DNA of 64,000 nucleotides from Vulcanimicrobiota bacterium (GCA_963794735.1 CAWCFE010000002.1:2374141-2438140); one strand, 5' to 3'; counted from the first letter of the stretch, positions 35,030-45,762 are shown. Notes: a model not told the origin generated them from the letters alone. Made by a program: numbers and translations.

Positions 35030-36037
35030 ATGGACGCATTTGAAATCTTCAAAGGGAAGACGTTTGGCCTGGGCGGCGTGCCGTTCGGGAACGAGTTCGC
35101 ATACGTGACCGACGAGATCGCCTACGCGACCATCGAAGCGGCTTGGGAAGCCGGTGTGCGCTATTACGACACGTCGCCGTGGTATGGGCTGGGCCTCGCG
35201 GAGCGCCGCCTGGGCAGTTTTTTGCACAAGCAGAGGCGCGACGAATACGTGCTCTCCTCTAAGGTCGGAAAGCTGCTGACGGCGGCGCGCGACAACAACG
35301 CGAAAGCGTACTTTCCGTTTACGCCTTCGCCCAACAATCTGCGCTACGATTACACCGCCGACGGCGTCAAGCGCTCGATCGAAGACAGCCTGCAGCGAAT
35401 GGGCGTCGACGCCATCGATATCGTCTTCGTGCACGATCTCTCGCCGGATAACCCGTGGCTTCCCGGCCCGTGGGAAGAGCAGTTCGAGATCGCTCGCACC
35501 GGCGCGTTTCCGGCGCTGAGCAAGATGCGCGACGAGGGCACGATTAAGGCCTGGGGGCTGGGCGTGAACTCGCCCGAGCCAATTCTCAAGCTCATGGATG
35601 TAAGCGATGCTAACGTGTGCCTGCTCGCGCGTCAGTATTCGCTGATCGATCACGAGCGCGCGCTGCACGAGTTGTTTCCCAAGGCGCGCGAACGCGGCAT
35701 GGCGTTCGTCGTCGGTTCGTCGCTCAATGCGGGGTTCATCAGCGGCAGCCCGCGCTACAACTACGGCAAAGAGAACTACGAGATCCCGGCCGAGGCGATC
35801 GAGAAGCGCGAACGGCTGCGCGCGATCGCGGCGCGATACGGCGCCGATCTTCGCACGGCGGCGCTGCAGTTCTCGGCGGCGCCCGACGTCGCGGCCGCGC
35901 TGGTGGTCGGCTGCGCGAGCCCGCAACAGGTTCTCGCCGACTACACGTCGCTCCAGACGAACGTCCCGGAGGGTTTCTGGTCGGAGCTTCGAGCGGAAGG
36001 CTTGATCGAGAACGACGCCGCAACGCCTGATAGGTGA
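35030..36037 (+). CDS. aldo/keto reductase
   Basis: GVRYYDTSPWYGLGLAERRLG and AKR-like spacing of conserved residues. Confidence 0.75.
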   Translation: MDAFEIFKGKTFGLGGVPFGNEFAYVTDEIAYATIEAAWEAGVRYYDTSPWYGLGLAERRLGSFLHKQRRDEYVLSSKVGKLLTAARDNNAKAYFPFTPSPNNLRYDYTADGVKRSIEDSLQRMGVDAIDIVFVHDLSPDNPWLPGPWEEQFEIARTGAFPALSKMRDEGTIKAWGLGVNSPEPILKLMDVSDANVCLLARQYSLIDHERALHELFPKARERGMAFVVGSSLNAGFISGSPRYNYGKENYEIPAEAIEKRERLRAIAARYGADLRTAALQFSAAPDVAAALVVGCASPQQVLADYTSLQTNVPEGFWSELRAEGLIENDAATPDR

Positions 36038-36642
36038 CCGGCACCGCCTTCATCCATTCCGTCCCGCTCGTCTACGTGTGGCCCTACGCCCTCGCGTTCT
36101 GGGCGACGTTCGTGTGGGTGTTCGTGCCCGAGTCGGCGCTGGTCGCCCGCACGCAGCAAGCGACGACGCCGCCCCACGACGCGCGATCGTTGCCGGTGCT
36201 CTTGGCCGGCCAGTTCGGCGCGATGGTGGCCGGAATTGCCCTGGCACTGCTGCTGCCCGTCGGAGCGCTCGCGCCGGCGCCGCTATGGTTCTGGCTCGGC
36301 GTGCTCACGACGATCGCCGGCGGCTTGCTGCGCCGGCATTGCCGCCGAATGCTCGGCTCGAGCTTCACCGCCGCCGTGATCGTGCGCTCCGGCCACGAGG
36401 TGATCGAGCGCGGAGCGTACCGCTACGTGCGGCATCCCTCGTACACCGCCGGAACGCTCATCTTTCTGGGCATCGGGCTTGCGCTCGGGAACTGGATCTC
36501 CGCCGTGGTGATGACGGCGGCGGTAGCGCTGATCTACTGGTTCCGCGTGAGCGTCGAGGAGCGCGCCCTGCTTTCGGTGATCGGCGAACCGTACCGCGCC
36601 TACATGAAGCGCACGAGGCGCTTCATCCCGTATCTGTTCTAA
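36034..36642 (+). CDS. isoprenylcysteine carboxyl methyltransferase (ICMT/PEMT) family membrane protein
   Basis: GAYRYVRHPSYTAGTLIFLG motif. GTGA overlap. Confidence 0.7.
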   Translation: MTGTAFIHSVPLVYVWPYALAFWATFVWVFVPESALVARTQQATTPPHDARSLPVLLAGQFGAMVAGIALALLLPVGALAPAPLWFWLGVLTTIAGGLLRRHCRRMLGSSFTAAVIVRSGHEVIERGAYRYVRHPSYTAGTLIFLGIGLALGNWISAVVMTAAVALIYWFRVSVEERALLSVIGEPYRAYMKRTRRFIPYLF

Positions 36643-36657
36643 GCGTGTCCGCCGGAA

Positions 36658-36936
36658 TTACGGCTGGGTCAGCCACTTCTTGACGTCGTCGGGGAGGATA
36701 ATCGCGAGCATCTCGTTGACGAGCTTAGTAGCCTCCGTGTCGACGGCGTTGCGGGCGTCTTCCAGCGAATCGAAGGTGCCGATCTCGAACGGTTCGAGCC
36801 GCGCCCTAAAACGAGCCGCGCCGCTTGACGCTTCGGATGCGCGCACGCTGCCGGCGATCGAACCGCCGAGCAGCGACATCGTCTCGATTCCGGGTTGAGC
36901 CGCGGCGCTCCAAGGAAAGCGGTATTTCACGAGCAT
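36658..36936 (-). CDS. hypothetical protein
   Basis: 92-codon ORF; start uncertain. Confidence 0.3.
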   Translation of the reverse strand: MLVKYRFPWSAAAQPGIETMSLLGGSIAGSVRASEASSGAARFRARLEPFEIGTFDSLEDARNAVDTEATKLVNEMLAIILPDDVKKWLTQP

Positions 36937-36942
36937 TTCTCC

Positions 36943-37590
36943 CTATTCAAGCGTAAACGAGACGATGGCGTGGTTGTTGCGATCGGCGGTCCAGAAGCGC
37001 TCGCCGTCGAACGCCACGCTGCGCGGCTTGAACGCAAACGAGCGGAGTACTTGGCTCGAGGAGGCGTCGTCGCCGATGCGCAGGCGTTCCAAGCGCCCGT
37101 CGCCCCACTCCTCGTCCACAGTCGCGAGATAGAACGCGCCGTCGACGATCGTCATGCCGACCGGGCGGCGCGTCAACTGCACGTAGCGGACGGCAGCGCC
37201 GGATGCGTCGAGCTCGACGAGCCGCTTATCCCAGGCTTGCGAGAGGTAGAGCGTCCCGTTCGCATAGGCCAGAAACGAACCCGAGTTGTCCGGGCAGACG
37301 AAACGTTCGGCGAACCCCGTCTCGGGCGAAAACGCGTACACGTAGCGATGATCGAGCTCGAGATCAGGCTCTTCGATCTGCGGCGCGAGCACGAGCTGAA
37401 AATCGGTGCCGGTGCAGGCGATGCCCAACGCCTCCGCCGGCGGAACGAACTCGTGCCGGACGCGCCACGTCTGCGGATCGACGGCATACAGATGCCCGTC
37501 GGCGGCGCTCGTGATCCACATCGTCTCGCCGTCCCACGCAAGGCCTTGCGGGCCTTGCACGGGCGACGCGTATCGCGTTAGCTCGCTCAT
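36943..37590 (-). CDS. beta-propeller protein (glutamine-cyclotransferase-like)
   Basis: MSELTRYASPVQGPQGLAWDGETMWITSAADGHLYAVDPQTW. ATGA overlap with the upstream hydrolase gene. Confidence 0.45.
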   Translation of the reverse strand: MSELTRYASPVQGPQGLAWDGETMWITSAADGHLYAVDPQTWRVRHEFVPPAEALGIACTGTDFQLVLAPQIEEPDLELDHRYVYAFSPETGFAERFVCPDNSGSFLAYANGTLYLSQAWDKRLVELDASGAAVRYVQLTRRPVGMTIVDGAFYLATVDEEWGDGRLERLRIGDDASSSQVLRSFAFKPRSVAFDGERFWTADRNNHAIVSFTLE

Positions 37591-39053
37591 CGGCCGGCGA
37601 CGCAGCGCACGTCGGGCGCGTTGGGATGCAGCAAGAACGACCTCATCACCGATCGAGCGCACGCCGAGGCGGTCACGACGCCGTGACCGAGCCCCGGAAA
37701 GACCACGACGCGCGAATTCGTCAGTGTCGCAGCCGCGGCGCGGGCCCAGCTCGTGCTCGTAATGGCGTCGTAACTGCCCGACAACAGCAGCGTCGGAATC
37801 GGGCTGCGCACCGGCTCGCGCAGCAGTGCGGGGGCGCGCGGCACGTTCCAAACGCGGCAATCGTCGCTCAAGTACGTGAACTGCGGCGCTTGCTCCAGCA
37901 CGGCATCGGGATAGCCCGGGAGCACGCGCCGTCCTTCGGCCAACACGGCCGCGCGATCGAAGGGATACCACTCGCTGCAGATCACGCCGAAGGTCAAGCC
38001 GTAGCCGATCAAGCCAGGCGGCGTAATTACCGACAACCGCGACGAGGCGATGGCCGCGGAGTTTCCGGCGGAGAGCTGGGCGAGCCACGCCGGCACTTCG
38101 TCGAAGCGCGGCGGCGAAACGGAGCTCATGCCGACCAGCCAGTTTGCCAGCGCGCCGCCGTCGGTATTCACCGTCACGCTGCGTCCGGTCGCGGGATCGG
38201 GCACGTTCGCTATCGCCGGACGCACCTCGAGCGCCCGCACGAGTGCGGCGAAGCGCTCGCGCAGTGCCGGGCTCATCAGCGCATAAAAGCCGTTGCGCGC
38301 TTGCGTCCAAAATGCCGGCAGCGCGACCAGATTCGGCGGCTCGGTCGAATCGAGCACGACGCTGCGTATGCCGCCGGGATCGGCGCGCATCAGCGTCAGC
38401 GCGAGGTTCGTCCCGTACGACACGCCGTAGACGTTCCATTGCTTGTAGCCGAGCACGCGCCGCAAATCGGCGAAATCTTGGGCGCTCTCGGTCGTGTTGA
38501 AATCGGCGAGGTTCGCGCCGGTCGCGAGAAACCGGTCGCGGCAGGCACGCACGGCCGCAACGTGCTCGCGGCGGGTGGAATCGGCATCGTACACCAAGCC
38601 GAGCACGCGCAGGAAGAACCGGTCGAGCACCGGGCACGTCAGCGCCGGCTGCGAGTAGTACGTGCCGCGCTGGTCGACCAGAATGAGATCGCGATCGGCG
38701 TTGAATCCGGCGCCGGTCAAGAAACCAGGCGAGAGCAGCGAAGCGCCGCCGGGGCCGCCGTCGAGATAGACCAGCGGTAGCGAGCCGGGACGTTTCGACA
38801 CCGCAGGAACGATGCCGACGGCGAGCCGGACGGTCGCGGCGCCGTTCGATGCATGCCGTTCTCGAACGACGAGAAATCCGCATCGATCGTTCGAGGAGAG
38901 CTTGAACTGGGCGCACGCGACGGGTTCGAAACGAGGTACGATGGCGTTGCCGGCGGCGGCCCGCGCCGCAAAAGGCCACCCGGCGCATGCGGCCAGGAGC
39001 GCGACCGCGACGGCAGAGCGCCGAAGCGATGCGCTGAAAACGGCGTTACGCAT
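37587..39053 (-). CDS. secreted alpha/beta hydrolase (S33 aminopeptidase-like)
   Basis: Signal peptide, GGPGGAS, and nucleophile elbow GVSYG. Start placed at the internal ATG 39053. Confidence 0.7.
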   Translation of the reverse strand: MRNAVFSASLRRSAVAVALLAACAGWPFAARAAAGNAIVPRFEPVACAQFKLSSNDRCGFLVVRERHASNGAATVRLAVGIVPAVSKRPGSLPLVYLDGGPGGASLLSPGFLTGAGFNADRDLILVDQRGTYYSQPALTCPVLDRFFLRVLGLVYDADSTRREHVAAVRACRDRFLATGANLADFNTTESAQDFADLRRVLGYKQWNVYGVSYGTNLALTLMRADPGGIRSVVLDSTEPPNLVALPAFWTQARNGFYALMSPALRERFAALVRALEVRPAIANVPDPATGRSVTVNTDGGALANWLVGMSSVSPPRFDEVPAWLAQLSAGNSAAIASSRLSVITPPGLIGYGLTFGVICSEWYPFDRAAVLAEGRRVLPGYPDAVLEQAPQFTYLSDDCRVWNVPRAPALLREPVRSPIPTLLLSGSYDAITSTSWARAAAATLTNSRVVVFPGLGHGVVTASACARSVMRSFLLHPNAPDVRCVAGR

Positions 39054-39209
39054 ACGAATCCTTTCCCGGTGGCGAAGCGAACCCGCCGATCTTTTTATGC
39101 GTCGCGGCCGTTCGATCATGCGCTTGGCGCAAAAAGCCGAGCGGGCACGGAACTCCGGCCGGCCCGTCGAACGTTCCCTCGCTGTACGGCTGAGCGTTAG
39201 GAGAACTCG

Positions 39210-40460
39210 ATGCGGACGGTTTTTGCATTACCGGTTCTGATTGTAGGCATGGCCTTGGCGGCTTGCTCGAGCACGTCTACGACCCCGCCAACGCCCGTGC
39301 CGACGACGGTCGCCGCACAGGTCGCCGACGTCTACCGGTTTCTGCAGAAGGAGAACCGCGGCACGTATCCCGTAGCGCCGCTGGTTTCGTACGGTTCCGA
39401 GCTCTACGGGACGACGCTCTATAAGCTCAACCGGCTGTGCTGCGGCAGCGTCTACGCCGTCACCCCCGCCGGAGGGTATCGCCTGCTGCATTCGTTCGGC
39501 CGCGGCAACGATGGGCAGTACCCGTATGCCGGAATGATCGTCTTCAACAATCAGCTTTGGGGGACGACCGGCAACGGCGGAGGCGCCGGCTGCACCATCG
39601 GCTGCGGCACGGTCTTTTCCATCGATCCAACCAGCGGCGCTGAAACCATGCAGTATGCGTTCAAGGGCACCAGCAACGACGGCGCCTATCCCGAAGGCGG
39701 CCTCGTCGCCTATAACGGCAAGCTCTACGGCACGACGGTCAATGGCGGCGTCGGCTGCTTTCCGAAAGGCTGCGGAACGGTCTTCGAGTTCGATCCGGCG
39801 ACGAAGACGGAACGGATGATCTACGCATTCCGCGGCAGCGAAGGCGCGTATCCGCACGCCGGGCTCATCGTGCACGGCGGAAATCTCTACGGCACCACCG
39901 TCAACGGCGGAACGGCGTGCGGCGGGACCGGCTGCGGCACGGTGTTCGAGATCCATCCCACGCAGCGCAGCGAGCGCGTCGTCTACAACTTCAAAGGCGG
40001 TTCGAAGGACGGCGACCATCCGTACTCCGATCTGCTGCTGCTCGGCGATCGCTTGTGGGGCACGACGGTCGACGGCGGCTATTCCGGCCGCGGGACGGTC
40101 TTCGCGGTCGATATCCGCAGCCAAAAAGAAGTCGAGCACTACCACTTCAAGGGCGGCAGCGACGGCGCGCATCCGCGTTCGGGCCTGATCTACGCGAACG
40201 GACTGCTCTACGGCGCGACGTGGCGCGGCGGCGGCGCGTGTTTCGTCGTCTTCGGGTGCGGCACGGTCTTCTCGCTCGATCCGTCGAACGGCTCGGAGAC
40301 GGTGCTGCACGCATTCACCGGCGATCCAGATGGGAGCGCTCCAATGGCGGGATTGACGAACGTTTCCGGCACGTTCTACGGCACGACCGAAGACGGCGGC
40401 GAAGGGCCGCCCAACGGCTGCCTCCACGGCTGCGGCACGGTCTACTCGGTGAAACCGTGA
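39210..40460 (+). CDS. lipoprotein with GloVer-type tandem repeats
   Basis: Lipobox LAAC. Repeated LYGTT..GG..GCGTVF units. Confidence 0.7.
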   Translation: MRTVFALPVLIVGMALAACSSTSTTPPTPVPTTVAAQVADVYRFLQKENRGTYPVAPLVSYGSELYGTTLYKLNRLCCGSVYAVTPAGGYRLLHSFGRGNDGQYPYAGMIVFNNQLWGTTGNGGGAGCTIGCGTVFSIDPTSGAETMQYAFKGTSNDGAYPEGGLVAYNGKLYGTTVNGGVGCFPKGCGTVFEFDPATKTERMIYAFRGSEGAYPHAGLIVHGGNLYGTTVNGGTACGGTGCGTVFEIHPTQRSERVVYNFKGGSKDGDHPYSDLLLLGDRLWGTTVDGGYSGRGTVFAVDIRSQKEVEHYHFKGGSDGAHPRSGLIYANGLLYGATWRGGGACFVVFGCGTVFSLDPSNGSETVLHAFTGDPDGSAPMAGLTNVSGTFYGTTEDGGEGPPNGCLHGCGTVYSVKP

Positions 40461-41761
40461 TGAAGAACGTGCGATGGTGCCTTTTGGCCGTAGCGCTGGT
40501 CGCGGGTTGCCGCGGCGCCGGCCCGATCGGAAACGCCATTCCGGCAGCCGGTGACGGCGCGGCGCTTCCCGCAATCGCGGGGAACGCCGTCAACACCGCA
40601 TTCACCGTCAGCGGCCGCGCCATCTTGCTCGGCGGCAAGCCGTTCTTCGTCAAGGGCATCGCGTACTCGCCGACGCCGATCGGCCGAACGGTCGGCGACC
40701 TGCCGCTGCTCGACGATCCGCTGCGCAACGCCAACAAGCCGATTTGGTCGCGCGATCTTCCGCGCTTGCGAGCGATGGGCGTCAACGCGATCCACGTGTA
40801 CAACGTCGTGCCGCCGGGCTGGGCGCAGAAGACCGGGCCGATCGTGCAGTTTCTCAACGCCGCCTGGAACGGCGGACGCAAGCCGATCTTCGTGCTGATG
40901 AGCGTCTACTTCCCGCCCGAAGGGCTCGACAACGCGGCGCAAGTGGCGTTGCTGGCCAGGAAATATCGCGCGCTCGGAAAGGCCTACGCGCGCTTTCCGG
41001 CGGTCATGGGCGTGACGATCTCCAACGAGATCATGCTCCCGCAGAACGTTTCGAATCCCACCTGGTGGAAGAACTTCAACACCGTCGCCAACGCGGCCCG
41101 GCAAGGCTTCATCGACGGCGGTACGCGCAACAAGTTGATAACCACCTCGGAAGTCGATTACGATCTCGCGCCGGTGCAGAAGGGCGAAGAGTACAAAGCG
41201 GCGATCGACGTGTGGGGGCTCAACATCTACCGGGGCCGCTCGTTCACCTCGCTCTTCACGCAAATCCGCCAAGACACCAAGAAGCCGGTGATGCTCACGG
41301 AATACGGCGCCAGCGCCGCGCGCCACCAGAAGCTGAAGAACACCTATTCGTGGGTCAACACGCCTACGGGCACCGGCGTCTGCGCGCCGACCGACATCAG
41401 CGGCCAGCTGGTGACCAACGACGTCGTGCAGTTGCCGCCGACCGGGAACCCGCGCATGGGCGGCCTCACCGATCTCGTGACCAACACCACCAAGCTGCTC
41501 TACACGGGCTACAAGCAAGATAAGGTCGTCTCGGGCGGCTTCTACTTCGAGTGGAACGACGAGTGGTGGAAGGGCAACCCGGCGACGCCCGGCGTGCACT
41601 CGGGGAGCATCAACTTCAAGAACTACTATCCGGGCTGCAACGAGGATCAGGGCTGGTTCGGCCTCAACGCGGTGCGCAAGGGCACCGGCACGGTCGACGT
41701 GCTCGTGCCGCGCCCGCCGTTCACCGCCATCAAGAACGTCTGGGCGAACGAGAGCCCGTAG
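40460..41761 (+). CDS. secreted clan GH-A (TIM-barrel) glycoside hydrolase, GH72-like motif order
   Basis: Lipobox LVAGC. FFVKGIAYSP, GVNAIHVYN, ISNEI, MLTEYG. Confidence 0.55.
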   Translation: MKNVRWCLLAVALVAGCRGAGPIGNAIPAAGDGAALPAIAGNAVNTAFTVSGRAILLGGKPFFVKGIAYSPTPIGRTVGDLPLLDDPLRNANKPIWSRDLPRLRAMGVNAIHVYNVVPPGWAQKTGPIVQFLNAAWNGGRKPIFVLMSVYFPPEGLDNAAQVALLARKYRALGKAYARFPAVMGVTISNEIMLPQNVSNPTWWKNFNTVANAARQGFIDGGTRNKLITTSEVDYDLAPVQKGEEYKAAIDVWGLNIYRGRSFTSLFTQIRQDTKKPVMLTEYGASAARHQKLKNTYSWVNTPTGTGVCAPTDISGQLVTNDVVQLPPTGNPRMGGLTDLVTNTTKLLYTGYKQDKVVSGGFYFEWNDEWWKGNPATPGVHSGSINFKNYYPGCNEDQGWFGLNAVRKGTGTVDVLVPRPPFTAIKNVWANESP

Positions 41762-41767
41762 CGGCCG

Positions 41768-42496
41768 CTAGGCTCCTAACGCGGCGGCCGCGAGCTCGTC
41801 GAGCTGCGAGTCGGTGGTGAAACTCGGGCGCGAAAGATGCTCGCAGAGCGTGACGCGCGTGCCGCCGACGACGGCGGACTGGAACCGTGCGGCGCTCTCC
41901 CATCGCGCCTCGGGAAAGAGGCGTTTGAAGCGCTTCCAATCGCCGCGCCCGTAGCAGACGATCGCACGCCGCGGTGCGGCGCCGAGCGCATCGCGCACCA
42001 GCGCAATCCGCTCGTCTAAGACGGCCGCTTCGTACGCTTGACGCGTGGGATGCCGGCCGTACGGAGCGTAGAGCCACTGTTTGACGTTGGCGTGCGGATA
42101 CGGCAGCAGATCGATCAGCAGCGACTCACCGCCGGCGCGCCCCAGGCGCTGCGAGCGATACCGTTGGCGATCGGTCGCGCGCTCCGCGCCTTCGCGCAGC
42201 GGCGCGTTCTCGTGGTGCAGCATGAGGTCGGCCATCACCGCCCACGTGCGGTGCGGGCGCGGGCGATCGGTGAAGAGCTGCGGGCCTTTCGCGAGGTCGC
42301 GATGCGCCACTTCGGCGTCCATCACGGGAGCGAAGCGCGAGCGCGCCAACACGTCGGCGTGCACCTTCGTCGCATCGGGCAGCGGCGGCTCCAGCCCAAT
42401 GAAGACGACCGGCGCGCGCAAGTTTCCGAAACCGATAAAGCGTTCGAGCGCCGTCCAATCGACGTCGCGCGAAGCCTCATAGGCCGCGCGGTTCAC
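41768..42496 (-). CDS. hypothetical protein
   Basis: Only the C-terminal about 240 codons of the listed 525-aa ORF fall outside the upstream gene. The GTG start at 42496 is a guess. Confidence 0.35.
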   Translation of the reverse strand: MNRAAYEASRDVDWTALERFIGFGNLRAPVVFIGLEPPLPDATKVHADVLARSRFAPVMDAEVAHRDLAKGPQLFTDRPRPHRTWAVMADLMLHHENAPLREGAERATDRQRYRSQRLGRAGGESLLIDLLPYPHANVKQWLYAPYGRHPTRQAYEAAVLDERIALVRDALGAAPRRAIVCYGRGDWKRFKRLFPEARWESAARFQSAVVGGTRVTLCEHLSRPSFTTDSQLDELAAAALGA

Positions 42497-42573
42497 CGCG
42501 CTCGCAGCTCTGACGCGCTCGCGTTGCTCGGGGCTGGGAACCTCGGCGCCGCGCGCCGGGCCGTCCCCGGCGT

Positions 42574-43467
42574 TTACTGCGCCACCAGCGTAAACGGTGC
42601 GGTGTAGGTGTTTTGGTCGGCGCCGCCTTTGAACTGCAGCCAGAGCTTGTAGGTACCGGCCGGCAGCGCTGGGAGCTGCATTTGCATGAACGGCCCCGCC
42701 TTCGAGTTGCTCTCCATCTGATCGATCGCTTGGCCCGCGGTCATCACCTGGCCGGTATTCATCTTCTGGCCTTTGAGCGTCGGATGAAGGTGCACGTACT
42801 GCAGCGTCGAGGTGTTGATGAAGACGGCGTGCGCGGCGGCGCCGAGATACGGCACGAGATCGCTCGCCGGGTCGTCGCCCTTGACGACCGTGACGTAGAG
42901 CAGCTGCGGCGAGTTCGCACGGACGGTGGTCTTGGCGAGAACGACGGTGTACGGCCCGGCTTTCGCATCGGGCGACGAGGCCGCCAGCGAGGGCGACGAC
43001 GCGGCCAGCGGTCCGTCGCTCTCCATCGTGAAGCGGAAGACTTGCTGGCCGATGCCGTTGGGCATGCTGTCGGCGTACACGTAGTACCGGTGGTTCGCCG
43101 CCTTGGTGAACGTCGCGCTGAAGGTGCCGGTTTCGGCGTCGAGAGCCGGGTGCAAGTGCGAGAAGGTGGCGAAATCGTCGCGAACCACGACCATGTGCAT
43201 GTACTTCTGCATGTCGATATCGTAGTTGGTGATCGACTTGCCGTTCTTCTTGAACTGACGCACCTTGAGCGTCGCCGTGAGGCCGTTGGCGTGATCGGCC
43301 CAGAACTTGGAGACGATCTGCGGCGTGCCGCCGAGCAGCGCCCACACGCCGGTTTGCTGCGGATCTCCAGCCGACGCGCGGCCGGCCACCACCGTTGCGG
43401 CGACCGACGCGAGCAGCGCGAACGTCAACAAAATTCCGCTCAATCCGCGGCGCGCAGGACCTTCCAC
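42574..43467 (-). CDS. secreted protein with duplicated H..HLHP motifs (possible metal binding)
   Basis: Signal peptide. HMVVVRDDFATFSHLHP and HAVFINTSTLQYVHLHP. Confidence 0.5.
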   Translation of the reverse strand: MEGPARRGLSGILLTFALLASVAATVVAGRASAGDPQQTGVWALLGGTPQIVSKFWADHANGLTATLKVRQFKKNGKSITNYDIDMQKYMHMVVVRDDFATFSHLHPALDAETGTFSATFTKAANHRYYVYADSMPNGIGQQVFRFTMESDGPLAASSPSLAASSPDAKAGPYTVVLAKTTVRANSPQLLYVTVVKGDDPASDLVPYLGAAAHAVFINTSTLQYVHLHPTLKGQKMNTGQVMTAGQAIDQMESNSKAGPFMQMQLPALPAGTYKLWLQFKGGADQNTYTAPFTLVAQ

Positions 43468-44543
43468 GTTTCCCCTCCAGTCGTTTCCAGATAGCCGGCG
43501 GCGGCTAAGGCATCGAAGACGTCGTGCAACGCCGCCCGTTCGTTCTTATTCGGCATTCCCGCCCAGCGCATCGCCACCTCGTTGAGATCGAGCGTTGCGC
43601 CCGGTTCGAGCACCTCACGGATGAAGGTTGGCTGCAGCTTCACGCGTTCCATGCGGCGAGCGACCGGTTCGAGCGCCGCGGCGAGGCCGCCCGGCGCCGC
43701 AGCGGCCGGAACCTCGGCAGGCGCGTCACCGGCAGCCGACGCGGTGCGACGTTTCTCTGACGGCAGCCGCTTTGGGGCCATCTTGATGAGCGCCGAATCG
43801 GCCAGCGTCGCCGACCACTCGCCGATCATCGTGCCGAAGGTTTGCCAGGGCGTGCCGTTGGCGGTGGCCGAGCGGCGCTCGATGGCGCGCAGAATCGCGC
43901 GCGCGACGCGCTCGGGAGGCGCGGGCGGCACCTCGTTGGAGCGTTCGATGCCCATCGCGTCGTGAAACTCGGTGGCGACCAATCCCGGATCGACGTACGT
44001 TACGGCGATGCCCTCGGATCTGAGCTCGCGGCGCAGCTGAATTGCGGCCGCGCGGATCGCCGCCTTCGCCGGCGCGTAAGCGCCGTAATGCGGCAGCGGA
44101 ATGCGCGCGATGCCGGAGCCGACGAAGAGCAGCTGCCCGCGATTGCGGCGCAGCTCCGGTAATGCGGCGCGTGCGATGCGCAGCGCCGAGGCGACGTTGA
44201 GCTGCCACTGCGCTTCGATGGCGGCGTCGCTCTGCTCGAGCAGCGGGCCGTACGCGCCGCCGCCGGCGTTGTTGCAGACCGCGTCGATGCGCCCGAAGGC
44301 CTGCAGCGCCGTCTCGACGATGCGCGCCGGCGCGTCGCGCGCGGTAACGTCGATCGCGAGCGTCGCGCAGCGGCCGCCGGCGGCGCGAATCTCGGCGGCC
44401 GCAGCGTCGAGACGATCGCCGCGCCGCGCGACCAGCGTCACGGCAAAGCCGTCGCGTGCGGCGAGCACGGCCAGCGCGCGGCCGATGCCGGAGCTCGCGC
44501 CGGTGACGATCAATCCGCGCGCGTCAGTCGTGGTAGTAGGCAC
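43440..44543 (-). CDS. short-chain dehydrogenase/reductase with a C-terminal extension
   Basis: TGASSGIGRA cofactor loop, Y..K region (YAPAK), plus about 100 extra C-terminal residues. Confidence 0.75.
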   Translation of the reverse strand: MPTTTTDARGLIVTGASSGIGRALAVLAARDGFAVTLVARRGDRLDAAAAEIRAAGGRCATLAIDVTARDAPARIVETALQAFGRIDAVCNNAGGGAYGPLLEQSDAAIEAQWQLNVASALRIARAALPELRRNRGQLLFVGSGIARIPLPHYGAYAPAKAAIRAAAIQLRRELRSEGIAVTYVDPGLVATEFHDAMGIERSNEVPPAPPERVARAILRAIERRSATANGTPWQTFGTMIGEWSATLADSALIKMAPKRLPSEKRRTASAAGDAPAEVPAAAAPGGLAAALEPVARRMERVKLQPTFIREVLEPGATLDLNEVAMRWAGMPNKNERAALHDVFDALAAAGYLETTGGETWKVLRAAD

Positions 44544-45762
44544 AGTACTCCTCGTAGAGCCGGCCGATGCCGGCCGGCAGCGAAGCGTAATACGCCGCTT
44601 CGCTCGCGACCACCGGCCGCGGAGCCGGCGGCCGCACGCGCCGCGCTTCGCGGGCGAGCCGTGCGAGCGCGTGCGCGACCGGCTTGAACGTGCCGTCGGC
44701 GCGCACGATGCCGAAGCTCAGCTCGTGCGGCGCGCGGTCGAACGGGGGCCAGCCGCGCAGCGCGGGCGCGTAATCGGCCCAGCACCACCAGAACGCGCCG
44801 ATCGCCCCGCGCGCGTGCAGACGGTCGATCGTTTCGTACGCGTAGCCGGCCATCTCGTCTTCGGTGAGGCACGCGTAGGGCGCCGCATTCTTCGGCACGC
44901 CGTTGCGATGCACGGTCTGCCCGGGCAGGGGCACGCGCTCGAACGGCGAGACCGTGCCGGGCGGGCACGTCGGGTTGCCGAGCTCGGTGAAGAGGACGCG
45001 CTTGCCCGAACACGCTTCCGTGACGGCCATGAGAAACGGCACGACGTTGGCGTCGCGGCGCCCGCGCGAGAACCAGCTATACACCGGATACCCGTGCATC
45101 GAAGCGAAGGCCCACGGCTGCGCGATGCTCGACGGGCGAATGCCGCGGTCGCGTTCGAGATCTTCGCCGTGCGTTCCGCCGGTCGACGGCGCGCCCGAGG
45201 TTTCGTGCAGCGCGGCGGTGAGGCGGGCGCTCCACTGCGCCGCGTCGCGCGGGCGCGCGGGCTCGCGCATGTTCGAAAACTCGTTGCCGAGATCCCATGC
45301 GTAGAGCGCCGGGTGCGCGCGCACGCGTTCGCCGGCCGCGCGCGCGAACCGCAGCTGCGCCGCGAGCAGCGTGGGGTCGGCGTAGAAATCGCCGACGCCA
45401 AAGGGCGACGTGTGGCCGTCGGCAATGGTGCGGAAGCGGCCGTGCCGCGTGCCCGGATCGAGCGCCCACGGGGGCAGCCAGTTGACGCCGCTCATGTGGC
45501 CGCAGAAGAGCGCCGGCATGCCGCGCAGCCCGGCGCCGGCAAGCGCGTCCATCACCGCGGCGAAGCGGTCGAGGGCGCGCGCGTCGACGCGATCGGGTGC
45601 CGGCGAAAAGACGCGCCACGTAAGGAAGAAGCGCACGACGTCGAGGCCGAGCCCCTTGATGCGCGCGAAATCTTCCCGCATCTCGCCCAGATCGAAGCGC
45701 TCCCATGCGTACATCGCGCTCCGAACCGGCCAATAGTTGATGCCTAACAGAAAGCGCGCCAT
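44524..45762 (-). CDS. clan GH-A glycoside hydrolase (GH5-like)
   Basis: [31 protein letters not shown]. Start at ATG 45762; the longer listed ORF runs antisense into purE. Confidence 0.6.
   Translation of the reverse strand: MARFLLGINYWPVRSAMYAWERFDLGEMREDFARIKGLGLDVVRFFLTWRVFSPAPDRVDARALDRFAAVMDALAGAGLRGMPALFCGHMSGVNWLPPWALDPGTRHGRFRTIADGHTSPFGVGDFYADPTLLAAQLRFARAAGERVRAHPALYAWDLGNEFSNMREPARPRDAAQWSARLTAALHETSGAPSTGGTHGEDLERDRGIRPSSIAQPWAFASMHGYPVYSWFSRGRRDANVVPFLMAVTEACSGKRVLFTELGNPTCPPGTVSPFERVPLPGQTVHRNGVPKNAAPYACLTEDEMAGYAYETIDRLHARGAIGAFWWCWADYAPALRGWPPFDRAPHELSFGIVRADGTFKPVAHALARLAREARRVRPPAPRPVVASEAAYYASLPAGIGRLYEEYCAYYHD

Noticed and set aside
36943-38988. 681-aa minus-strand ORF spanning two genes.
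   Set aside because: Only its last 215 codons (from ATG 37590) are protein-like. Upstream of that it is an Arg-rich out-of-frame read through the alpha/beta hydrolase gene, whose own frame (37587-39053) carries GGPGG and GVSYG.
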